A stretch of 62,888 bases of DNA, filler included, from Collodictyon triciliatum (Eukaryota): NCBI GenBank assembly GCA_043381765.1. It is 9 parts of 9 records of this genome, joined end to end, with 100 filler letters (N's around TTAATTAATTAA, not from the genome) between each part and the next. Parts side by side here need not be neighbours in the genome. Positions count along the whole stretch, not along the records: positions 1 to 7,059 come from JBHJMP010004083.1; positions 7,160 to 14,218 come from JBHJMP010004084.1; 7 more parts are not named here. One strand, 5' to 3'. Made by a program: the position numbers and the translations under genes. Position 1 is the stretch's first letter, and each line of letters opens with the position of its first letter. This document shows, one piece after another, positions 1-13,129 of the stretch. The notes below the pieces were generated by a model, which was given only the letters and a program-made list of their open reading frames with translations, was not told where the DNA came from and did not search any database.

Positions 1-143
1 AAACAAACAAACAAACAAACAAACAAACAAACAAACAAACAAACAAACAAACAAACAAACAAACAAACAAACAAACAAACAAACAAACAAACAAACAAAC
101 AAACAAACAAACAAACAAACAAACAAACAAACAAACAAACAAA
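1..143. repeat. (AAAC)n microsatellite at contig start
   Basis: Perfect tetranucleotide tandem array. Confidence 0.97.
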
Positions 144-205
144 CCCCCAGAAGAGGAGCCCCAAAGACACAACTAGGACACCAGCAATCCATATCTCGAT
201 CCCTC

Positions 206-1240
206 ATGGGCAGCGGACTCTCAACAATGGCTCGCTCTGGAGGCAAGCAAGGAAAACAGACGCCCCAGAACGCCGCAACGCCGAATCAGACGGCTGAGCG
301 CCACATTAACCCGACTGCCACACACAAGCAGGCTGGCAGGGAAATCGTCGTTGTGCAGACCGCAGCAGCCGAGAATGAATCCAGCCCGACTCCTGCGTGG
401 GGTTCGGAGCCGCAGAAGAGTCCACGGCAAGAGAAGGAAGAGGAGGATGGACAAGCAGCGCTTCAGTTGCCCAAGCCATCCACTCAAAATCTGTCGTCTG
501 TGGGGTTAGCTGCATCGCCCGCTGATGCTCCGACTAATCTCCACAGGCAACTGCAACAAACAACCCTGCCTGAAGGGCACTCGACGAATACTGCTGTTGC
601 AACAGTGACATCACCATCATCACCCGGTGGGTCAATGCTACCACAATGAATTTTTTTTTTTTTTGTTATTCTGTTGCTTTTACTATGAATATGAATATGA
701 CTATGACTATGACTATGACTATGGCTATGACTATGACTATGGCTATGACTATGACTATGACTATGACTATGACTATGGTTATGGTTATGGTTATGATTAT
801 CATTATAACGAACATCTTCTGATGAATTATCTTGTGGCTGTTGTCTTCGACAAAGTATACTGCACCTTTTTCTTACAATGCACATTAATTATACTTGTAG
901 CTGCCCAAGTGGAAGGTGGCCGTTCGAATGGTGGCCCGATTGTAAATGTTTATTTGTAACTTTGAGTTCCAACCCTGTTTCATCATACCTTGAAAATTGC
1001 CACTGAAACTTGCGCACTGTAGGTCAACTTGCAGATCCGCAAACAAAATAGTGTCAGTTGCATCGAAAAAGATATCCCAGTTGCGGATATATCGTTTGAT
1101 TTGCTCACAGACATGATTAAAAAATGTTGGAACTTATCTGGGTATCATCTTGTTACAGACACTGGAGATGGTGAAAGCGTAGAAATATTCGACCAAGTAC
1201 TGATGATTTCTTTTCTTTTCTTTCCTTTTCATTATCTAAA

Positions 1241-1281
<41 letters not shown>

Positions 1282-2237
1282 TCTAATACACATATAGATA
1301 TACGACATTTCAACAAAATAGATAAAGTGAGACAATCCATCGTTAACATTTCATTTTTCTCAGAGTGGGCTCCAGTCTGCATTGTCGTCAGGATCTTCCT
1401 TGAGTAATCATAAAGTTATTTTCTACGTATGCGCAGCTCCACCACGGTCGTTTACCGCCTCTCCTGCTCCAAATACCGCTCTGAAAGCTGATCCACAAGG
1501 TCTAGTATTACAACATGCAAACAAGAGTAGTGTTCCCACAAATCCAACTTCAGGTTTCTATAAATAATTATAATCGGAATACCTTTATAAAAAATACTTG
1601 TACTCGCTTATGTTAGCATAATTTTTTTATATCTCATCTCAATTGTTATATTTCCATAAATGTAATCATGTTACCCCATAACCAAAAGGCTATTTTCTGA
1701 AAACAACTCTTTTTGTTGAAATTATTTAGTAGATATAGACTATGACGAGTTGGACGCTCATGAGATATTGGAAGAGAAAAAAACAACTGTAATTTGCATT
1801 TGCCTATCCGCTCCGACTTTGACATGGCCTCTTCATTCTGATCTCATTTATAACCGATTAAGTGGACACATACCATCTAGCTTCATCTTTGTTGCCACTA
1901 CGAAGGAGAAGAGGTTTTTTGTACTGTGCCCCCAGACTTGACATTTTGGGAACTTCTGAATCGTTTACGCTATTCACTGGGACATGCTGTTTACTTATGC
2001 TATCGTAATGACAGTCAGGTACATGTGAAACGTGAATAAAATACATAGTTATCATTTAACAGAAAAATAGTTGACTACAAGTCTCATAACGACATGATCA
2101 TGTACTCATTTTTAAGGAGTTGATTCCGATCAGAACAGCAGAATTATTTGGGCAGATAGTAGTTGATCACAAGAATTGCACCACAAAATATTTAGACTTT
2201 ATCGTGCTGAACGATGATGCAAAAGGTCTTCCCCCCA

Positions 2238-2335
<98 letters not shown>

Positions 2336-3809
2336 ATATGAAAGTATTGAGCTAATGGCCTTATTTTAGTATGTTCTGGTAGGAAAATCAATCCTCTTTT
2401 TATAACTAGGCGAAGACGAAGATGAAATAGAGCATTTATTGGACGAGAAAAAGACCATGGTAGGATTTTCCCTTTTATTTGAATTGATTATATATATTGT
2501 ATGGAATCAAATAAACCCTCGGCTCTGACAAAGCCGCTTCTCATCGCAAATTAGTGTAAATTCACTGCAGATTCAGTCATTATGTCTAACAAACTATACT
2601 ATGTTATGAACCCCAACCCAGGTATTTTTAAGATGTTTATTGGATGATTCTCCAGTTTTAGATTGCACATTTCCTAGAGACATGTCTTTCGATGACCTTT
2701 GGTCTCGTCTGGTATCTCTCTACGGCACAGATATCAAAGCATATGCTCTTCTTAAACAAGTAGGCTTTTGCTGTATCTCAACAAAAATTATTTTCGTAAG
2801 CATTCCCAAAAAAAATGCTTCAAACTTGATTTTATATTCTTAATCGGCTGCATCCTATAGGAAAAGGTTTTAATCGCTGGAGATCAAAAATTTAGGGAGG
2901 TTGTTGACGCTTATTCTGTAAATATGAACCGATACTTAGACATTGAGATTATGAGAGAATTTGACGGGGGTTAGCTTCAAATGCCTTTCAAATTACACAT
3001 TTTATTTGTTTGAATAATTGCATTATCTTTTTATCTTTGATTTCACGTAATTAACGTAATAAAACTTTTTTTCCTTCCTAGGTGAAAAAAAGAACGAAAA
3101 TCAAGTAGATGGTCTTGTAATTTTTCAATCTTCTCAATATAAATATTTTCATTATTTGTTTCTCTTCCTTTTTTTAAAAAATTTTTTTTTCCGTGATGTA
3201 TTCACACATAATTATTTCTCATTAATCGTTGGCCTCGGAAATAATCCATATAAATAGATTCCTGTGACTTGTATTATTAATGGGGAACAAACAAGAATGC
3301 TCATCCCCCCAGATTGCACCTTTGCGGACTTTTCCAATCGTATTTTTATGCTGACAATGCAAGAGTTTCAGGTAAATGAGAGGGGGAAAAAATATGCGTT
3401 CACTAAGATGTATATTATGCTACGCAGTAATCGACTAATTGATGTGATTTTATTTTGTCTGTATTGATCTAATCTAGGTCGACGGTTCTCTTGGAGACAA
3501 CTTGAATCTATTTCCAATCACTGACGACATTACACTTCAGAAGCTTCTTGAACACTATAAGAAGAACCCCAAAATTAAGCTCAAGTTCTTTGTTCAGTTG
3601 GAAGGTAATTGGCCGATTTGCTTACTTCTACGTCAACAACAGTCAATCGTTCTATTTTTTTTTCCCATTTATTTGTTTCTTCTTTGTAATGCATATTCTC
3701 AAAACACGTGATCATTTTCAAAAAAAAAAATCCACTTCTTGGGGTTTAGGAGCTTACCAGAGTCCCTGCATACTTTTATTAATCTATTTATTCATCTTCA
3801 GATTCTTAG
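206..3809 (+). CDS. Multi-exon protein: low-complexity N-terminus followed by about three PB1/ubiquitin-like (beta-grasp) domains
   Basis: GT-AG bounded exons encode [34 protein letters not shown] (~1024-1196), [32 protein letters not shown] (~2622-2760) and [32 protein letters not shown]...[28 protein letters not shown] (~3258-3604). The recurring pattern resembles PB1. Stop is TAG at 3807-3809. The exon chain and start codon are inferred. Confidence 0.5.
681..800. repeat. (TATGAC/TATGGC/TATGGT)n hexamer microsatellite in an intron
   Basis: Tandem hexamer array; it produces the spurious YD/HS-repeat ORFs in the track. Confidence 0.9.
2239..2333. repeat. (AAT)n microsatellite
   Basis: Perfect trinucleotide array. 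Similar arrays occur at ~7200-7297, 16825-16895, 35777-35851, 41480-41523 and 42692-42793. Confidence 0.95.
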
Positions 3810-4040
3810 ACGAGACCGACTCGCATGTGACGGTCTGTTTGCTTCCATCTCTTATTCATCTTGAATTCACACATAATGACCGCCATGTTACAAATAAAAG
3901 ACAAGGGTGTGATACTCTATAATATCGTACCGCGATACGGCAAATGAAAATAGGGTTCTCTATTTTGATTTGCTTCGGTTTTCTCTTGCATTATTTTGCT
4001 AAACGCAATTTATTCGATATAATCGAGAGCAGTAGTTTGG

Positions 4041-6217
4041 TTAGCTCTGGTTTGAAAAGACCTGTATTCGGTGGTTGTTCCAATCGCATATATATAGTTT
4101 CTCATTCATTCCGAAGCAAAGCCCCTTCTGGCCGTAAAATTGGCCGTCTGCAGAGCCGCTCCCTGAGCCCAGCGTGTGGATTACTTCGCCGTTCTCATTA
4201 TACACGACAATTCTGTGAGTGTCGCGGTCACTAAGAAAGATGGTGTTATGCGGGCCCTCTGCGATGGAGGCGTGGCCACCAAGTTTCTGAATTGTCATAT
4301 TTCGGATGTGTTTTCCATTGGTGTCATAAAACTTGAGCTTGTCACCCCCATGCCCAACAACACAAATCTCATTTTTTGATGTGAGGCACACACCCTCTGG
4401 GTTCTTGATCCCATTTTCGCTGACCGAGGCCTGGGCAAAGGAGAGCTCGAATTCAAAAGATCTATTGAACTTGTCGATTCGGTTGCGACCCTTGTTTGTA
4501 ACATAAAGATTTCCCTCTGTATCAAAAACCAATCCGTGTATGTCGGACAGGCCGTCGTATTCAGGCGACATCGTGCATTTATTGCTCTTCTTTTGACCAG
4601 ACTGTATCGTAGCAATCACTTCGTTGTGGTCATTAAAAACCTGCACTCTGTTGCCGTTGTTTTCTGACACAGCCACGAGACCTTCCTGCGAGATAGCGAT
4701 TCCCAAAGGACTGTTCATCTGTCCGATGTTGGATCCTTTGCTCCCAAAGACCTTGACAAATTCCAGTTCGTCGGTCAGGACCTGGACTCGATGGTTGTCC
4801 TGTTCTCCTATGTAGATGTCTCCGGTTTTTGGGTGCACCGCAACTGCCCACGGTTTGCCAAACTGACTGTGTCCTTGACCACCAATGCCAGCTTTCTTTT
4901 GGTATCGATACTCTCTTGGATTCGATTTTGGGTTACGTTTCCAAACTGTGGCGTTGCCAACATTTTTGAGCCATGAGAAACTCTTTGGGATGTTGAGTGT
5001 GATCGCATCTCCCTCAAATGGGAAGAATTCCAGTCGGCCTGCCTTTCGCTCGGTCACACTTTGTAGTTGTTTGGTGACTTCTTCAGACTTGTGAGACTCT
5101 TTGATGGATATTGCCATCGACTTTGCCTCACAGTACTTTTGTGGATACACGTACGCTTTGTACGTACCCAGGATATAATCAGTAAAGCGGATAGAACTTT
5201 CATTCGCAAGCTTTGACGAATGCAGATGTTGATATTCCATTTCAATTTCTTTCCATGTCTTTGTATGCATTTCGTTAGCCTACAGGAATATAGCAACGGT
5301 TGATATTTGCTTCTTCTGCCAGTCACAATCTTAACGGACGATTATATTCACAAGGGGTTCTATTTTATTATACACTTCTATTTTTTAAAAAATATATTAA
5401 AATTTTAATATTTTTTCACTTAATATGATTGTCTATTTGTGTGAAGCCTATATTTGAAACTGGTGACGAATATACCTTTGAAAGGAGAGAGCTTTCTAAC
5501 GAATCAATCATACTAGAAATCTCGTTGATTTGATCTTTATATTCCTGAAATTTCCCTCTGATTTGATCCTTCACCTCCTCTAACTCATCAATACCCTATA
5601 GACAGTATGAATTGTTAAGTTTTATGATGCATATATTGCCCGAATCGAATAAAGAGAAAAAAAAATTCCATATATTGCCTCAAAATTATTTTGTGGCTAT
5701 GGTAAAGAATATAAAGCATGATAAAAAAAATCCAAGCAGATTCGGTTGTGTACTGTTTTATGAGCGATGGGATCTATTTCCGGACATTGTATGTGATATC
5801 AACAGTACATAATATTTGTGACGTAATTAAAAGATCAACATCAGTGTGATGCAAGTTAAGTATACCTTGTTTATCTCAGACTCATATAGTTCAATACGGC
5901 TATTAGTAGCCTCAAGAACGGTTTCCATCTCTTGATTGGTTTCCCTGAGTTCAGATTCTAAGGTTCCTACCATTTGGTCCCACGGTACCTCGACATGGGT
6001 GGGGTGTTTCCTAAAGTGCTCATACGCGCATGTGAGGCACATAAACCGCCCACCAACACAAGTCTTACAAGAAAATTGTATCTTTTCATTTGTGTGGATT
6101 TGACAGATTGGCTGGGCCAGGATGGTTTCCTTCTCCGTAGTTGGGCTAATATTAAAATCCCATAGGGAATGTATGTTAGAATCCTTGTTGTTAGAAATAA
6201 CCAATTCATCCCATCAC

Positions 6218-6315
<98 letters not shown>

Positions 6316-6964
6316 ATAAATAGATATATGGATAATATGATTTCATACAACTCGGCTTTGTTTTCTCTCAATAAACTGTTGAAAAGAAACCAAAAAAAAT
6401 GATTTCATACAACTATACTCTTAACAAATAGGCAAGTCTCGACTTGGCTTACACAACTTTGTGACTTTTGGAGGCGGGGAATCGTCCATGAAATACGTTG
6501 CAGTCAACACAGAGATCTCCACAACCTTCAGCACAAAAGAAGGCTGGAATCCCACCGCAGTCATCGACAGAGCACTTGGGCTCTGTGGCCGGCCGAGTAA
6601 GAGAGAGAACTGAGTCGCGTGCGGGGTTCTGCTCAAGAGTTGCAAAGCGTTCTTTGTAGTCCTCAATTTGAGCGCTGATGTGCTCCATGACTGGGAAGAT
6701 CGAAAGCGGGTTGCCTGAGCGCTGGTCGAAACCGATCTTGTTGCGACACAAGGGGCAAAAAAACCAGTCTGTGCGCTGGTCCTTTGCGTACTGAATCAAG
6801 GCGGAGACGCAGCTGGAACAGAAAACATGTTCGCACGGCGTTCGCAGCGGCTCACAAAAGAGAGACTGGCACACGGGGCACGACAGATCGGGCGGAGGGT
6901 AAAGCGGGACTGGGCTGCACGCGGTCACGGTTCTCGGTGTTGTTTCAGCAAAGCTCTTTTCCAT
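4041..6964 (-). CDS. TRIM-NHL-like E3 ligase (RING, B-box 1, B-box 2, coiled coil, NHL propeller); about 4 exons
   Basis: C3HC4 RING CPVCQSLFCEPLRTPCEHVFCSSC...CPLCR. B-box CSVDDCGGIPAFFCAEGCGDLCVDCNVFH...SHKV. Second B-box CQIHTNEKIQFSCKTC...CLTCAYEHFRKHPTH. Heptad region LESELRETNQEMETVLE. About six NHL repeats, e.g. GQFYGQKGLCFGMNEKLYICDWNNHRIQVF and FGKPWAVAVHPKTGDIYIGEQDNHRVQV. Confidence 0.88.
6219..6312. repeat. (GATA)n microsatellite in an intron of the TRIM-like gene
   Basis: Perfect tetranucleotide array. Confidence 0.95.
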
Positions 6965-7059
6965 GGCTGTGTCTCGCGGTGAGAGGTTGTTGGGACAAAG
7001 TTTGTTATTCTCTTTTTTTCTTTGTTTTTTTTTGTTTTTTTTGTTTTTTTTTTTTTTTT

Positions 7060-7159
7060 NNNNNNNNNNNNNNNNNNNNNNNNNNNNNNNNNNNNNNNNN
7101 NNNTTAATTAATTAANNNNNNNNNNNNNNNNNNNNNNNNNNNNNNNNNNNNNNNNNNNN
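7060..7159. other. Artificial contig-joining spacer (N-run, TTAATTAATTAA, N-run; 100 nt). Equivalent spacers at 14219-14318, 21375-21474, 28526-28625, 35677-35776, 42823-42922, 53038-53137 and 60182-60281
   Basis: The same palindromic 12-mer, which has stops in all six frames, sits centred in 100-nt N blocks eight times. Genes are truncated at these points. Confidence 0.95.
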
Positions 7160-7198
7160 TTATTATTGTTGTTGTTATTATTGTTGTTATTATTGTTG

Positions 7199-7298
<100 letters not shown>

Positions 7299-7352
7299 GA
7301 TTATAATTATGATTATTGTTCCTTCACCGATTGATGGTTACTTCTCTCACAG

Positions 7353-7662
7353 GGCATTCTCTTTGCTTCTTGTTGTTGGACGAGCCCGAAAGTGTCTTGA
7401 CTTTGGGGTTACGTTGTATCTTTTGCACCTCGTGGGATGTTGGGGCTACAGTGGAACGCTCCCTCGGGCGGCTTTCTGGTGGGTAATCCAGTTTGTATGC
7501 ATGGCCTTCACAGTGCTGCTTGGCGAGTATGTTTGCATGAAGCGTGAGTTGCAAGATATTCCCATCGGCTTCGAAGGCGCTCTCTTTGGCGGTGTGGCTT
7601 CGCATCTCCTCGGCTACGCAACCCCTCGTCCAATATCGGCATCTGCCTCGCATTCCCTCTAA
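7353..7662 (+). CDS. SYS1: Golgi membrane protein SYS1, last exon (5' part missing at contig break)
   Basis: LLLVVGRARKCLDFGVTLYLLHLVGCW...WW...TVLLGEYVCMKRELQDIPI matches the SYS1 family C-terminal signature (RxKxCLDF, LGEYxCxxxELxxIP). Confidence 0.88.
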
Positions 7663-8268
7663 CTCCTGGGAAAGCACCATCTGGTGTTTATACTTCTTTT
7701 CCTCTTTCTCCGCCAACATGAGAATGAATGTGGGATGGGAACGAAAAAGAATATCTGATGATATGACACCCACCAGTAAATATGACGCAACAACTCTTTC
7801 GCATTTGCTTTATATCTCGACTTCAATTTTCATCTTCATTTTGTCTTTTTTGTTTCTTTTCTTTTAGGAAGACATCAATCAACACAATATAAACATAAGG
7901 GAAAAAAACTGCAGGACTAACATCTCGACGACAAAGGACTAAACTGCATACACTTTTCCCTTTGTATTATATCATACCATCACATTATTGAGTGTAGCTT
8001 CTAACTCAACACTCGTTTTCCTCTACATGCGAGGGGCTTAAAGCTATGAAATGACGCTCAAGGGAAGCAAAACTAGACTCTCAGTCTACTGGACTAGCCT
8101 TTTAAGAGAGAATCTTCTTATAAGTTTGACCTGTTTATATAAGCTCCTATATCTTATTATTCATTTATTATCAGGTGTCGAAGGTTTGTCTAGTCTTAAC
8201 GTGCTGAGCGTTTTTTGGCGTGATAGTGAGCTATGTGTCGCGGAATATTCAGAATGTGAGTCCCTCTC

Positions 8269-9665
8269 CTACGACTCATAAGCAGGCGCAGATCGCGACC
8301 TTGGGACCGATAAAGCTTTTCTTCCGTAATGCTACATCCACAATATCAAAATAATGATGATGTAAAAGAGAAAATCAGGACACTTTCAGTTCAATCATCT
8401 TCTATCTCAACCTCTTCATAGAAATACACAGACATCATATCTGACTATCCAATAAACCTGAGAGTAATCTCCATGAAAAGCAGGGAGCTTGAAGGAGTTC
8501 TTCATATTTGACAGTTTACTCGTTCCACCCAGCTCCCATCTAGTGCGTTACTATCTTTAAAAACTCGACAAATGGATTTTAACTATAGAGCATTATGAGA
8601 CGATAGAGTGGCACACCTGTGTAGTTTGATACCAAGACGGGCTCTTTCCTCTTCCTCGTCTGGAGAACCAGGTCGATAAACCCATGCCTTGGTGTTTCTG
8701 GTGAACCCGCTTAGTTCCATAATCCCAATGTTTTCTCGCGTTGCCACAGGGTCAACATGAAAGCCCGGGCTTCCTGCCACGCCACAGCCGTATGAAGTGC
8801 TGTACATGGCTGGTCCCTAGCGAATGTTGTTTTTGCGTTGTTACTTGAAAATATCATGAAGATGCAGAGTTTGTGGCAATTTATTTTAGCAAATGATTCC
8901 TAAGATAAAATGCCGATTCATCTAAACAGGTAAACCCTCAAGAAAACGATTGATTCGAAATGTCCTTGATTGTATTTCAGCCATTATGAAGTGACTCTGT
9001 TCAGGACACAATTGACATATTTGAGAATCGACAAACCCGAGCCTCGTTTTCGCCCTCAACAGGGTCTCTACGGCGAATCCTGCGAGCAACCATAGGATGT
9101 GGAGGTTCCTTCAGTCGGTAATCCGCACTTTGGGAGGGATTGAAGCTGAAGTTTTTGGAATATCCACTTTGTTCCATGACGACAGGAACTATTGTTAGAT
9201 TATCATCATAATTGCAATATTGTGGGGAGGAAATAGATGAGGTGTCATCGCAGGTCAAGATAAGGAGCTTTGGGTGGATCATTTTGGTGGCTTTGATGTT
9301 CTCGAGAGAGGGAGAGAGAGAGCATCTAATTTACTTTAGGTGTTTTGTTTTCATAAACTTAATTTCATGGTAAAATGAATGGGCTAACCCTTGCGAGAAT
9401 CAACTACGAGCAGGCTAGGGAGCGAGGCGTTTTCAAAGGCCTTGCTTGAACCTGAGACATTAGAATTTAGATTTCTATACCAAATGGCTGTTCAAGACAA
9501 AACCATCAAGTCACAGCCTGTGATAGAATAATACAGAAGATCGGAACGAATGAATGTCAAGGATATGTTTAACTACTGTGGATTTGAGGGAGGGTACTAC
9601 GGCCTCTGTCCAAGTCAGAGTCTCGGCGCTGGTGCACAAGTTGGGAGTGGTACATGCTGGTGACT
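8269..9665 (-). CDS. Multi-exon hypothetical protein, possibly an axonemal microtubule inner protein (SAXO4/PPP1R32-like)
   Basis: Spliceable exons carry short repeats MEQSGYSKN, MYSTSYG and MELSGFTRN, which resemble SGF/SGY-x-x-N repeats of ciliary microtubule inner proteins. Family assignment and 5' end are tentative. Confidence 0.35.
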
Positions 9666-10300
9666 GTAGAATACTATATCTGTGTCTGTATCTCAATCAA
9701 TATTTAATTCACGTTGTTTCTTTGACCCTTTATTCTAACGTGGACACTTGGGCGATGCTGTGGGGTAAAAATAAATGCTCCTTTTTTTTTTTGAAGCAGT
9801 TTGTCTCTGTTGTTGTCTTTGTTGGTGCATGATCAAGAAAAACGTTGAGTTTTTTTCTTAACTAGCGCAGCTTTGTTGAACAAGGAAAATATGAGTAATT
9901 ATTAGGGGAAAGACTATTATCATCTGCTGAGAGTAAACAGATGTTCTTTGTTTGAAGGAGCGGTTTGGTTTATCTGCTGTGTTGTGGTTGATGGGTTTGT
10001 TCTTTTGTGTTTTCGTTGCAACCGTCGATCTGCTTCTTAAAAAATTGCCGTTATTTGTTGTTTGTGTCCAAACGGAATATGCGAAATAGAGGAAACCGTT
10101 GAGTATCTGCTGTGGCACAAAAGTGGAATAATTGCTATCTTATTACATACATAATTTATCTATGATAATAAACATATTGAAGCTTATTAATAATTATCTT
10201 AGGATATAATAGAAAATTATACTATAAAACCCGCATTAGGACGTGGGATAACCACACCCGCTTCAATGGCCAGAAATCAAGATCGCAACAGATCACAGCC

Positions 10301-11009
10301 ATGAAGGATCTGCAACGAATGACATCAGCGAACCAGACCGCCCCAAAGCCGCCCGGGCTGCCCGAGGATGGGAAAAAGGATAAAGAGAGCCTGAAAGAGT
10401 GCTCGTATTGCGAAAAAATGCTCGATCAAGTCCAGTCGGCTTTGTCGTTTCTTCTTCCAGAACATGGCGAGCCTATGCTCCCGGATTTGATGCTTTGTGC
10501 TGATATGTCGAGGTCTTTGGCATATGTCGGGGCGGTGACCGGAGCCTTTGCTGGGATTCCGCTGGCAAACATCCATTACGGTGAGAAATCTATATTATTC
10601 CCCATGAACTGCGTCATCCACCTAAGCTAATCGCTTTAGTCTGGCAATGAAAAAGTTTTCCGGCGAGCATTTGCGTGATATGAACAGCTCAAGCATAAAT
10701 AACGAACAGATGCAGCATGGAATGGTCGCTTAATCTGTTTCAGAATGTTTTGGGTATATGGATGACCCGGCCAGACCCAAATAGCTGACTGCTTTCCTTC
10801 CGTTTCATCTACAGGAGTTCGTGTCTCTCGACGGAGATATATCTGGGGCTCTGTACTTGGCAGCATTGGATTTGGACTCTCATTCTACGCATACAACGTT
10901 GTTTTCCACAAAGCATGCCATCCCACGAACCGCAAGATCAACGGGAGCGGCTGGATTCGACCCGACCAGAGCCAAAAAGCTGAGCAAGCGAAGTAGATAC
11001 AGGGAATAA
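10301..11009 (+). CDS. Hypothetical spliced protein with a CxxC motif and a hydrophobic segment
   Basis: GC-richer ORF from ATG 10301 (ECSYCEK; LAYVGAVTGAFAGIPL), a GTGAG donor at ~10581 and probable downstream exons. No family recognised. Confidence 0.35.
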
Positions 11010-11240
11010 ACAAACGCGACCCTTCCAAACCTCGCCTAACGGATACAGTAGAGCGAAAGCCGTTACATACTTTATTGGAATTTAAAACTGGGCTTTCTTT
11101 GTCATGAAGCCGCCTTAACATCAATCGCGAAACAACGAATCTGCAGAAGCAAAGCAGGTTGGCGAGAGGAAGCTTTCTGCTGATGAGCGACAGAGTTACT
11201 GCCAGTTGACAAGTCACTTACCCACGTAAGGCGCAGCGTC

Positions 11241-12484
11241 ATGGCTTCGAAAAAGGCTGGTAAGAAGAAAGGCGGCAAGTCGCGCAAGACGCGCATCCCT
11301 TCAAACTTGACGGAAGAGCCGTTCGAGTATCAGATGCCTTCGGCTGCGCTGCTGACTGAGCGGGCGCCTCAGTTCATCCGCCTCAGAATCTGCCTCGTGA
11401 CTTGGCAGCACATGAACACCGAGATCAGGGTAGGCCGTCCTTGACTCCCAAAATATTCCAGCGATCCACTCTGCTGCCGAGTCAGGCGGCGATCAGCCCT
11501 GTCTCCTCTCCCTTTTTTTTTCTTTTTTCCCTTCGTTTCTTCTTTCTAAATGCCAAAAGGAGTCAGAGTGGAAACCCTCCAATCCTCTCTTTTTTTTTCA
11601 ATTTTTTTTGATGGGGCTCTCAATTATCCAGGTAAAAACAACCACTACAGTGCAGGCCATTAAGGATGTCATCCGCGAGCGCCATGGAGGAACCGTGACC
11701 AACATTCAGTTGTACAAGGACCAGGTTCGACATCATCATGCCATCATCAAATCAAATCAAATCAAACCAAATCAAATCAAATCAAATAAAATAAAATACC
11801 AAATCATACCAAATCAAACCAAATCAAACCAAACCAAATCAAATCAAACCTAATTAAATCGCACGAATCACACAGGTCCATCCGCTCAACCTCCTATCCG
11901 ACCAGACAAAGACCCTGGAGGAGGCGGGTGTCCTCGGCATCCTGCACACGCAGAGCAAAGACGAGCCATCGGCCTTGCCAGAGGCGGAGGCCATCCTCTA
12001 CTACGACTTTGCGCCGCACCGCAGCAGCTGCCCACTGCTGATGAGCGACCTGACCATGGCGCACCCGAAGGCCTCGTCCATCCCCACGCTCCCGTCCCTG
12101 TCCCTGTCCGCCATCCACGCAGGCGCCGCCTCAACAACGCCCTTCGCCCAGGGCTTCTCCGCCTTTGCCAATCAGCCGCCCGCCACACCAACCTCCGGCG
12201 CCTTCCTGCCCGATGGCAGCCGCGGCCGGGAATCGCCTGCCTCGGCCACCGCCCCAAACTCAACGCGGGCTGCTGCATCGGCAAACACGCCGCTCGGCCG
12301 ACTCCGCTCTTTGTCTGGCTCCCCGCATGTGCCATCCAATCCGCAGCCGCAGCCGCATCCGCCTCTTTATCCGCCCCATGCGCGTCCCAGCAACCCGTCC
12401 TCATCCCGCGGCGCGAGCGGACACAACTCGGCGCGTGGTGCCATGTCTCCCTTTGCGTTGCGTGCCGCAGAGTCTGTCTCATGA
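11241..12484 (+). CDS. Three-exon protein with basic N-terminus, ubiquitin-like domain and Pro/Ser/Ala-rich tail
   Basis: Exons ~11241-11428, 11632-11724 and 11877-12484 join as MASKKAGKKKGGK...FIRLRICLVTWQHMNTEIR/VKTTTTVQAIKDVIRERHGGTVTNIQLYKDQ/VHPLNLLSDQTKTLEEAGV...LYYDFAPHRSSCPLLM. The TV-x-x-IK and KTL-x-x-x-G pattern fits a ubiquitin fold. Confidence 0.65.
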
Positions 12485-13129
12485 CGGCTTCTCCTCTTGG
12501 TTGATATGCACATAGACATANNNNNNNNNNNNNNNNNNNNNNNNNNNNNNNNNNNNNNNNNNNNNNNNNNNNNNNNNNNNNNNNNNNNNNNNNNNNNNNN
12601 NNNNNNNNNNNNNNNNNNNNNNNNNNNNNNNNNNNNNNNNNNNNNNNNNNNNNNNNNNNNNNNNNNNNNNNNNNNNNNNNNNNNNNNNNNNNNNNNNNNN
12701 NNNNNNNNNNNNNNNNNNNNNNNNNNNNNNNNNNNNNNNNNNNNNNNNNNNNNNNNNNNNNNNNNNNNNNNNNNNNNNNNNNNNNNNNNNNNNNNNNNNN
12801 NNNNNNNNNNNNNNNNNNNNNNNNNNNNNNNNNNNNNNNNNNNNNNNNNNNNNNNNNNNNNNNNNNNNNNNNNNNNNNNNNNNNNNNNNNNNNNNNNNNN
12901 NNNNNNNNNNNNNNNNNNNNNNNNNNNNNNNNNNNNNNNNNNNNNNNNNNNNNNNNNNNNNNNNNNNNNNNNNNNNNNNNNNNNNNNNNNNNNNNNNNNN
13001 NNNNNNNNNNNNNNNNNNNNNNNNNNNNNNNNNNNNNNNNNNNNNNNNNNNNGGTTCCGTGTGATGCTCGGCTGCGGTGTGTTTTCATGGTACTGTGCCG
13101 ATGGATGGCCCGATACTTATTTTCTTCGT

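Noticed and set aside
7104-7115. Recurrent TTAATTAATTAA palindrome as a biological motif or CRISPR-like repeat
   Set aside because: It is always centred in a 100-nt N block and is a synthetic six-frame-stop linker.
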